Below, one piece after another: positions 41,516 through 48,150 of a stretch of 64,000 nucleotides of DNA (its first letter is position 1; every line of letters begins with the position of its first letter). The position numbers and the translations under genes were made by a program. The stretch is from Candidatus Aenigmatarchaeota archaeon. GTDB lineage: Archaea > Aenigmatarchaeota > Aenigmatarchaeia > QMZS01. The notes beneath the pieces are model-generated. The model did no database searches. It was not told where the DNA came from and was given only the letters and a program-made list of their open reading frames with translations. Location of the stretch: contig JAFGCN010000018.1 in NCBI GenBank assembly GCA_016932615.1, forward strand, positions 3,495 through 67,494, written 5' to 3'.

Positions 41516-42372
41516 GCGCAAAAAAACAGTCCGGAACAAAGAAAAGAGCAAAGGCTGTCGACTTTGAGGAAAGTGCAAGTTTTTCCGAAGAGGAAGAAAC
41601 TGCAGAGGTTTTGAAAAGCGCCAAAAAGCCAAAGGGCGTGAGCAAAAAGAAAGAAACCGGGGCAAAGACAAAAAAGGCCAAAGCTCAGGAAGAAGCCACC
41701 ATTGACGAAGAATTTGCTGAAGAACGGGATGATGATTCCGGTGAGGAAGAAACAGACGAAGATTACGGGGAAGGAGATTACGACGAGGCAAAGCCAAAAG
41801 TATTCCAGGAAGAGCCGTTTTCAAAAGCCCCAAAAAAAGTCTATTCCGGAAAATTCTTTGAAAACAAAGTCCACATCTGGGGAAAGCAGGACGCCGAGGA
41901 GATTTATGACCTTGGCTGCTTTGGAAAGGTAGACGAGGAAAAAAATGAGCTTTCCTTTGAGGAAGCCCTTTTGCTGATGAGGCGAAACAAGCTTCGGGTT
42001 TCAAAAGATGGCACGGAGGTAAGCTCTGAAGAATTCTACCAGATTGCCTGCAATGCCGACAAAGAGTTTCCCTGGAAGTTCAAGGTTTACGAGGAGCTTA
42101 GGGGAAGAGGCCTTCTTGTCAGGACTGGCTTCAAGTTCGGCACCCATTTCAGGGTTTACGGCAGGGGAGTCAAGCTGAAGAGAGGGCCAAAGTCAGTAAA
42201 GGAGCACACAAAGTGGATTGTCCATGCAGTCCCCGAGAACTACACCTGCTCATTTCCAGAGCTTTCCAGAGCCGTCCGGCTGGCGCACAACATCCGGGCA
42301 AAGATGCTCTGGGCAGTTGTTGACGAGGAGGGAGATGTGACCTATTACGAGGTTTTAAGGAAGACTCCTTAA
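41512..42372 (+). CDS. endA: tRNA-splicing endonuclease EndA with a roughly 110-aa K/E/D-rich N-terminal extension
   Basis: The C-terminal GLLVRTGFKFGTHFRVYGRG...KEHTKWIVHAVPE...LSRAVRLAHNIRAKMLWAVV carries the EndA catalytic Tyr/His/Lys contexts. The N-terminus is MSAKKQSGTKKRAKAVDFEE...KKKETGAKTKKAKAQEE...DDDSGEEETDEDYGEGDYDE. Its ATG overlaps the upstream stop (ATGA). Confidence 0.85.
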   Translation: MSAKKQSGTKKRAKAVDFEESASFSEEEETAEVLKSAKKPKGVSKKKETGAKTKKAKAQEEATIDEEFAEERDDDSGEEETDEDYGEGDYDEAKPKVFQEEPFSKAPKKVYSGKFFENKVHIWGKQDAEEIYDLGCFGKVDEEKNELSFEEALLLMRRNKLRVSKDGTEVSSEEFYQIACNADKEFPWKFKVYEELRGRGLLVRTGFKFGTHFRVYGRGVKLKRGPKSVKEHTKWIVHAVPENYTCSFPELSRAVRLAHNIRAKMLWAVVDEEGDVTYYEVLRKTP

Positions 42373-42390
42373 ATAGCGGCTAATTAGATT

Positions 42391-42954
42391 ATGGATTTGA
42401 TTGCTTTGCTGCAGAATACGCTCTACTTTTTTGTAGCTTCTGGAATCATAGCTTTGTTGATTAAGTCATTGATTAAATTATACTTGGATAAAGACTTGGA
42501 AGCTTATAAAGAGAAACTGAAGCAAGAAACGATACGGTATTCAAAACTGCACGAAAAGAGAGCAGATGCTATAGAGGAACTATTTGAAAAACTTGTTGAT
42601 TATAAGAATTATGCTGAAGGTGTGAAATGGGCTAAGGAAAGTAATATTTCTGGAAAAGAATTGAAGGAAATCGAAGAAAATTTCAGGATAGCACATAGAA
42701 CATTTTTGGATTGTTTGAATAAAAAAGGCAATCTTTATTTCGGCGGCAAGACTCCAGAGCTTTTGGAAGCACTACACTTTGAAATAATGCGAACCAAAAC
42801 ACACACCGAGGCAAAATGCAAAGATGGAAAGAACATGGACTTTACAAGCTTAAAGAACATTCTCGAGGATATCAAAAACGCAGAAAAGGCAGTAGCAAAC
42901 TCAGAAAAAGAATTAATCAATGAATTTCAAACCATCTTGGGTGTCAAAAACTAA
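42391..42954 (+). CDS. hypothetical protein with an N-terminal TM and a coiled-coil region
   Basis: 187 aa. LYFFVASGIIALLIKSLIKL is a TM. The coding sequence is visibly A/T-rich compared with its neighbours. Confidence 0.45.
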   Translation: MDLIALLQNTLYFFVASGIIALLIKSLIKLYLDKDLEAYKEKLKQETIRYSKLHEKRADAIEELFEKLVDYKNYAEGVKWAKESNISGKELKEIEENFRIAHRTFLDCLNKKGNLYFGGKTPELLEALHFEIMRTKTHTEAKCKDGKNMDFTSLKNILEDIKNAEKAVANSEKELINEFQTILGVKN

Positions 42955-42970
42955 GCCCAAGAATCTTCAG

Positions 42971-43144
42971 CTAGTCGTACTTCACTTTCCAGGCCGAATA
43001 CGCCTTGTCTTTTCTCTCTTTCTCATTCCACCTTGTCAGTTCCATCAGCCGCACCCAATTCCTGCCCACCCTTTCCTCTCCCACCTGCCTGAAATCTCGC
43101 CTACTCGCTAAATCCCTCCCAACATCCACAACCTCAGCGCCCAT
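42971..43144 (-). CDS. unlisted 57-aa ORF (hypothetical, R/E/K/W-rich)
   Basis: Own translation: MGAEVVDVGRDLASRRDFRQVGEERVGRNWVRLMELTRWNEKERKDKAYSAWKVKYD. It falls just under the 60-aa cutoff of the track. A ttaaata box lies about 30 nt upstream, in the divergent promoter region shared with cbf5. Confidence 0.3.
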   Translation of the reverse strand: MGAEVVDVGRDLASRRDFRQVGEERVGRNWVRLMELTRWNEKERKDKAYSAWKVKYD

Positions 43145-43231
43145 ATGCGGCTTTATCTGTCGGGGTATTTAAGCTAAACTCCGGAAGGGAGCAAATGTCG
43201 AAATTTTTGGCTTCTAATTTGAAGATATTTT

Positions 43232-44002
43232 ATGGTATCAGGCCTCATTATTCTCGATAAACCCTCAGGCCCCACAAGCTTTGACTGCGTCGAGAGAGTC
43301 GGGAAAATATTTGGGGAAAAACGGTGCGGCCACACCGGGACACTTGACCCGAAAGTCACTGGGGTCCTGCTGGTCTTGGTTGGCGAGGCAAGAAAGCTCG
43401 TTCCCTTTTTCGAAAAAGCTGACAAGACCTACACAGGCATAATGCATATGCACTCCGAATTTGATACAGATAAACTACACGAGATAATTTACGAGTTTAC
43501 CGGAGACATAACGCAACTTCCGCCCCGGCTTTCAAGAGTAAAAAGAGTTGAGAGGCAAAGGACAATCCACTGCATGAAAATTGACAGAATTGAGGGGCAG
43601 GACGCAACAATAATAATCCACTGCCAGCACGGGACTTACGTCAGGAAGCTCTTCCATGACATGGGCGAAAAGCTTGGGACGGGCGCGCACATGAAATACC
43701 TTCGGAGAATCGCAGCCGGAAAATTCGGGATTGATGAAGCAGTAACTTTCGAGGAACTGGAAAAAGCCCCGGAAAAGCACCTAATACCTATGGAAGAGGT
43801 TATCGAACGGCTTGGAATAAAAAAGCTGGTTTTGCCAAAGGAAATGGAAAAGCAGGTTTCAAATGGTGTTCCGATAGTGCTTGAAACTCCAGAAGACTAC
43901 CCGTCAGAAGAGAAAATTGCAATATTCGTAGAAGAGAATCTAAGGGCACTTGGAAAGGAAAGGGGTAGAAAAGTGGCAATAGAGCGGCTTATTTTAATAT
44001 AA
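43232..44002 (+). CDS. tRNA/rRNA pseudouridine-55 synthase, TruB/Cbf5 family (short form)
   Basis: GLIILDKPSGPTSFDCVERV...CGHTGTLDPKVTGVLLVLVGEARKL (catalytic Asp in TLDP). At 256 aa it is shorter than typical archaeal Cbf5. Confidence 0.8.
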   Translation: MVSGLIILDKPSGPTSFDCVERVGKIFGEKRCGHTGTLDPKVTGVLLVLVGEARKLVPFFEKADKTYTGIMHMHSEFDTDKLHEIIYEFTGDITQLPPRLSRVKRVERQRTIHCMKIDRIEGQDATIIIHCQHGTYVRKLFHDMGEKLGTGAHMKYLRRIAAGKFGIDEAVTFEELEKAPEKHLIPMEEVIERLGIKKLVLPKEMEKQVSNGVPIVLETPEDYPSEEKIAIFVEENLRALGKERGRKVAIERLILI

Positions 44003-44015
44003 ATAGCCAAAAACC

Positions 44016-44171
44016 CTAGAAGATTATCCTCGAAAGAACCAAAATAAGGCAGATTCCAAAACCAAGAGCCAGAACGACTTCCGGCTTCAGGTTAATCCCT
44101 TCTTCAACCTCATCGCTGTAGTTTATAAGCCCTGCCATTGTCTGAGGCATCCTCTTTTTTTCCTGCGCCAT
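44016..44171 (-). CDS. preprotein translocase subunit Sec61beta
   Basis: Own translation (51 aa, not in the track): MAQEKKRMPQTMAGLINYSDEVEEGINLKPEVVLALGFGICLILVLSRIIF. This matches the archaeal Sec61beta pattern: basic N-terminus, AGL..Y.de, then a single C-terminal TM. Confidence 0.6.
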   Translation of the reverse strand: MAQEKKRMPQTMAGLINYSDEVEEGINLKPEVVLALGFGICLILVLSRIIF

Positions 44172-44221
44172 AATAGATAATCTCAGCAATAACTATATAA
44201 AAAAGAGGCAAAAACAAAAAA

Positions 44222-44440
44222 TTACTCCTTGGAAGAAGCAGGCCTGCTTTGGTACGGCTCTGGGTACTTGTTATCTCCTCCAAGGTATGCGCCGACATGC
44301 GCTCCTGCACCCACGCCCAAAGCTGTGTATAGGGCGTCCGAAGCAGTGACACCATCCGAAAGGTACGCCACAACACCGGCACCGACCAAGGCAAGCAAGG
44401 CCGTAGGCAGATAGTTTATGTGGTTAGATATTTTTCCCAT
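44222..44440 (-). CDS. small double glycine-zipper protein, family member 1
   Basis: 72 aa. ALLALVGAGVVAYL and LGVGAGAHVGAYLGG (small-xxx-small repeats). Confidence 0.5.
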   Translation of the reverse strand: MGKISNHINYLPTALLALVGAGVVAYLSDGVTASDALYTALGVGAGAHVGAYLGGDNKYPEPYQSRPASSKE

Positions 44441-44568
44441 ATTCTGCTTTCGATCAATGTATATTTGATATAAATGTAGCCCTCACTACAGAAGTAGTTC
44501 AATTGTAATGGAAGATAGCTCCCGCTGAATGGATGAAATAAGCAAAAATAAAGCAAAAAGAAAAGACC

Positions 44569-44853
44569 TTATGCCTTAGCCGCTGCTGGGTAAGCTGAGT
44601 ATGCCTTTGGACCAGACACGGCGTTCTCCGCGTAGCTTCCGACGGTACCACCGATAAGGGTGGCTGCACCTGCGTACAGGGCGTTCATGAAGCTAAGAGG
44701 GTCGACTGCCTCTGTGGTTGTTGCAGCGGTTGTTGCTCCCTCTGCGACGGTTTTTGCAGCCTCTACTGCGGTTGCAGGGTCAATAAGTGATGCGACTGCG
44801 TAAAGACCTGCCAAAGCACCCAAGGTTGCTCCGATGTATCCTATTTTTGTCAT
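44569..44853 (-). CDS. small double glycine-zipper protein, family member 2
   Basis: ATG at 44853 is preceded by a GGTGA Shine-Dalgarno-like box. (The track start at 44862 is the GTG inside that box.) IGATLGALAGLYAV and AGAATLIGGTVGSYA. Confidence 0.55.
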   Translation of the reverse strand: MTKIGYIGATLGALAGLYAVASLIDPATAVEAAKTVAEGATTAATTTEAVDPLSFMNALYAGAATLIGGTVGSYAENAVSGPKAYSAYPAAAKA

Positions 44854-45062
44854 TTTTGTCACCTAAATTTAATAGTATATTTTAAATAAATAGTTTTCGC
44901 CTGTGGAGTTACACTATAGTGCCTTTGTAGTTCAAAAGCATTACAAAAGTAATGTTTTTTTGGAACATATGCTCCTCTAGCCCACCAAATACCCTTTAAA
45001 GCCAAAAAAGCGCATGGCGCCAAAGACACTAAAAAAACCAAAAACAAGCCAAAATAAAACAA

Positions 45063-45329
45063 TTATGCTGTGGCCTTTGCTGACTCAACGCCGGGGTAAG
45101 CCATCGCGTAAGAAGGAGGGCGACTGTCGCCTCCGGCAACATACTCGCCAACCTTGTAGCCAAGTATGCCTGCAGCAGCGGCCTCCAGGGCCTGCCAGTA
45201 TCCAAGAGGGTCTGCTCCGGCAACGCCATCCACAATCTCTGGCCCTATAAGGTAAGCAGCGCCAAGCGCAGCCAGGCCGCCAACCACAAGCCCTGCAATA
45301 GTAGGACTTCCGCCATTATTTCTTGCCAT
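45063..45329 (-). CDS. small double glycine-zipper protein, family member 3
   Basis: 88 aa. IAGLVVGGLAALGAAYLIG and AAAAGILGYKVGEYVAGG. A GGTGA box lies 5-6 nt upstream of the ATG. Confidence 0.55.
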   Translation of the reverse strand: MARNNGGSPTIAGLVVGGLAALGAAYLIGPEIVDGVAGADPLGYWQALEAAAAGILGYKVGEYVAGGDSRPPSYAMAYPGVESAKATA

Positions 45330-45426
45330 TTTAGTTCACCTTTTTTTATAAGGCAATTCTGGTATTTATTGTTTTATTATTTTATCGTCACAATGCGCAT
45401 AGTAACTGCCAAACCTCAAAAAATGA

Positions 45427-45780
45427 TGCAGGAGGGCGGATTTTCGCCTATCCCTTTCTTTAAAAAGAAAGGTCTGTGGGTCACCCCAAAGAAAAAACTT
45501 TTCGTTCTTCCCAGGTGCCACATTATCCCCGTTCTGGTTAAAGAACGGAGATTACTTCGAACCGCCGAACTTACTAAAAGACTGGATGTCTCAATCGCCA
45601 TCGTTTCTGCGAAGCGAATTTGCTTCTTGGGGTTGTCAGACCTTCTTGCAAGAAGGGATGACCTTGAGTCCAGCGCCTTTTTCTGGTATACTATAACCCA
45701 AATTTTTGTTTCTTTGGGGTTGTCAGACCTTCTTTCTTTTCAAAGAAAGAAGGGATGAGACCAGACTTGGCTACTCCTGC
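45427..45780 (-). tRNA. tRNA-Leu(CAA) interrupted by three introns
   Basis: Minus-strand exons are approximately 45780-45759 GCAGGAGTAGCCAAGTCTGGTC, 45684-45661 AGAAAAAGGCGCTGGACTCAAGGT (anticodon CAA = + strand ttg 45664-45666), 45587-45556 (A)TCCAGTCTTTTAGTAAGTTCGGCGGTTCGAA and 45440-45427 TCCGCCCTCCTGCA. The acceptor GCAGGAG/CTCCTGC is perfect, the anticodon stem is CTGGA/TCCAG, the variable arm is long, and the T arm is GGCGG-TTCGAAT-CCGCC. Confidence 0.85.
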
Positions 45781-45800
45781 ATAAACTTAGTAGTAGATTC

Positions 45801-45810
45801 TTAAAAATAG
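45801..45810 (-). promoter_or_regulatory. TATA-box-like element upstream of tRNA-Leu(CAA)
   Basis: On the minus strand, ctatttttaa is centred about 25 nt upstream of the tRNA 5' end. Confidence 0.45.
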
Positions 45811-45838
45811 CCCTAAAAGATTAAGCAATTCTAAAATA

Positions 45839-46468
45839 ATGATAAAGGCGGTGCTTTTCGACTTTGACCTGACACTTGTCGATTCAGAGCAGGCACTTGA
45901 ATGTGCGCTTCTCGAATTCGAAAAAGCTCACGGACTTTCAGGAAAAAAACTGACAACTGATGAAAAGTGGGGAAATACCCTGAAGGGTTTCCTGACAAGA
46001 TTGGCAGAACTAAATGGAAATCCCATTAGGATTGAAGAACTTGAGAAAAAATGGGAAGCTTGCATAACAAAAACCTACAAGGAATGCGAGATAAGGGAAA
46101 GGGAATATCTAAAGCGCCTTTCAGAAAGAGGGATACTCTTGGGCATAATCTCAGGGTGTGGGGCTAAGCGGATACGCAAAGTTCTGGGCACAGAGAAAAA
46201 CAAAGGGCTGACGTTTGAAATCGTTTTCGGTGGAGAAAAAGGGATAAAAAAGCCGGAACTAATCAGGGAAGCTCTTACGAAACTTGAAGTAAAGCCGGAA
46301 GAAGCAATATATGTTGGAGACCACCCAAAGGACATAGTCGCATCAAAGGAAGCGGGAGTAATTCCTGTTTCGATAACAACGGGCTTTTACAGCAAAAGCC
46401 AGCTTGAAGAATATAAGCCCGCACAAATAATAGATATGCTGGAAGAGCTTGAGCCAATGCTAAAATAA
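45839..46468 (+). CDS. HAD-superfamily hydrolase
   Basis: AVLFDFDLTLVDS (DxD motif I) and YVGDHPKDIVASKEAG (motif IV). Confidence 0.75.
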   Translation: MIKAVLFDFDLTLVDSEQALECALLEFEKAHGLSGKKLTTDEKWGNTLKGFLTRLAELNGNPIRIEELEKKWEACITKTYKECEIREREYLKRLSERGILLGIISGCGAKRIRKVLGTEKNKGLTFEIVFGGEKGIKKPELIREALTKLEVKPEEAIYVGDHPKDIVASKEAGVIPVSITTGFYSKSQLEEYKPAQIIDMLEELEPMLK

Positions 46469-46655
46469 ATATATAAATAATGCTAACAGTTATGAAGCCC
46501 CTTTTGGTGCTCATCGGAGTAATCCTTCTTGTTGCCACAGTAATTGCATAAGGCATCTATCTGCTTTTCAGGCCGTGCATAACTCTGGCAGCATCGGATT
46601 GTAAGAATTTGCAAAGAGCCAGCAGGCAGGAGTATATCTTCCGTACATCTCTATT

Positions 46656-47234
46656 ATGAAAAAACTCATTTTGCTTTTTGGGATATTGCTTATGTTTGGA
46701 GTTTGCTATGCAGTGGAGTGCCCCTTTGGAGAGGTAAACTGCGAAGGAAAGTGTGGAATGTTTGTCGACGAAAACAATAACGGAATATGCGACCTCTCTG
46801 AGAGTCCTGAAGAAGACCTTATCGGAGAGAAGCAGTCTGGCGTAGTTGATACCTTAACAGGTAATGTGTCAGGAAAACAGACCCAAACCCGTACCAGAGG
46901 AACGGAGTATTATCTCATATCCTTGACGCTTATTCTCTGCGCTCTTTATGCCTTGACCTACTTCCTTACTAAAAAAGGCACTCTGGCTATGGTGACCCAC
47001 AGGAAAGTATGGAATATAATTCTTCTTCTAAGCTTTGTTGTTTGCGGCCTCACTGGAATGATAATTGCAATGAACCTCGACCTCGGTCTTGGCATAAGCG
47101 TCCCCTTCAATCTTTCATTCTGGCACTATGAAAGCGGAATCGTCATGACTGTCGTTTCTGTCTTCCACACGCTCTGGCACACCAGCTATTATAAAGCCAT
47201 TTTTACGGGCGGCAAAAAAAGAAAGCAGGACTAG
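46656..47234 (+). CDS. membrane protein with a Cys-rich N-terminal ectodomain
   Basis: Signal peptide MKKLILLFGILLMFGVCYA, then CPFGEVNCEGKCGMFVDENNNGICD, three TM helices, and His residues in the last TM (FHTLWH). Confidence 0.5.
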   Translation: MKKLILLFGILLMFGVCYAVECPFGEVNCEGKCGMFVDENNNGICDLSESPEEDLIGEKQSGVVDTLTGNVSGKQTQTRTRGTEYYLISLTLILCALYALTYFLTKKGTLAMVTHRKVWNIILLLSFVVCGLTGMIIAMNLDLGLGISVPFNLSFWHYESGIVMTVVSVFHTLWHTSYYKAIFTGGKKRKQD

Positions 47235-47236
47235 TT

Positions 47237-47659
47237 ATGAAAACAACCTACAGCGCGGGCGGAATAGTAGTGGGGCCCGGCGAAAAAATACTTGTGGTAA
47301 ACCAAAACGGAAATTCCTGGTCGCTTCCCAAAGGCCACATCGACCCCGGAGAAGATGCGCTCACTGCAGCAAGGCGCGAGATTTACGAGGAGTCTGGAGT
47401 GAGCGAACTTGGGCTTGTAAGTGACCTTGGCTCTTACTCTAGGTTCAAGATTGGAAAAGGCGGCCAGGGTGATGACGAACATGAAACAAAAAACATCCAC
47501 ATGTTTCAGTTCAGGACAAGCCAGGAAACGCTCAAGCCTATTGACCCACTTAATCCTGAGGCAAAGTGGGTTGAAAAGGGAAAGGTTGCGTCCCTTCTGA
47601 CCCACCCAAAAGACAAGCATTTTTTTGAGGGTTGGCTTAAATGCAACACTGAGAAGTGA
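47237..47659 (+). CDS. NUDIX hydrolase
   Basis: GHIDPGEDALTAARREIYEESGV is the Nudix box GX5EX7REUXEEXGU. Confidence 0.85.
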   Translation: MKTTYSAGGIVVGPGEKILVVNQNGNSWSLPKGHIDPGEDALTAARREIYEESGVSELGLVSDLGSYSRFKIGKGGQGDDEHETKNIHMFQFRTSQETLKPIDPLNPEAKWVEKGKVASLLTHPKDKHFFEGWLKCNTEK

Positions 47660-47743
47660 AGTACTCATTATGTCCTGACCAGATTCACGACAGAAATTAA
47701 GTATCTTAAATACCAAAATGCACTAATTAATTCAGGTGAAAGC

Positions 47744-48097
47744 ATGATTGTACGTGAAATAAGGACTTCAGGAACAACGCTTGTCGTATCTGAAGGTAAA
47801 GACAAAAGCGCAACAAAAGAGTACACCTTAGACACCCTTGCAGGCACGCTGAAATCTTATGAAAAGGAGGTAAGAAGCGGAAAGTACGGAGAAGAAACGC
47901 TAAGAAACCTCGCCCAACTTGAGGGCCTGCTTGAACAGGCAAAGCTATACACAAAGGACAAGCACAGCTTGGCTTATTCCCCCGTATCCTCCAGAAAATG
48001 GGGCCTCTTAAAAGACTATGCTGAAGAAATAATCGAATGGGTCGAGCAATCCATCAAGCTGGATTCACTGAGCCGTCAGGCAGATTCAGTTTACTAA
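47744..48097 (+). CDS. hypothetical protein
   Basis: 117-aa ORF, helical composition, no motif. Confidence 0.4.
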   Translation: MIVREIRTSGTTLVVSEGKDKSATKEYTLDTLAGTLKSYEKEVRSGKYGEETLRNLAQLEGLLEQAKLYTKDKHSLAYSPVSSRKWGLLKDYAEEIIEWVEQSIKLDSLSRQADSVY

Positions 48098-48150
48098 CCT
48101 CTTCTAGGTATTGCCTAAATAGTTTTCTCGACAAATAGTCATGACGCAAA

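Noticed and set aside
42955-43160. Apparent extra copy of the island repeats: the shared 11-mer agttccatcag and 9-mer gctaaatcc with 14030-14077.
   Set aside because: The two short matches occur in the opposite order. The intervening sequence does not align. The region is better explained by a 57-aa minus-strand ORF. The matches are probably chance.
44110-44394. 94-aa minus-strand track ORF.
   Set aside because: It spans the intergenic gap between two better-supported small genes, Sec61beta at 44016-44171 and glycine-zipper member 1 at 44222-44440, in other frames.
46481-46552. 23-aa hydrophobic mini-ORF (MLTVMKPLLVLIGVILLVATVIA) after the HAD gene.
   Set aside because: It is too short to support from sequence alone. 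No ribosome-binding or promoter signal could be argued convincingly.
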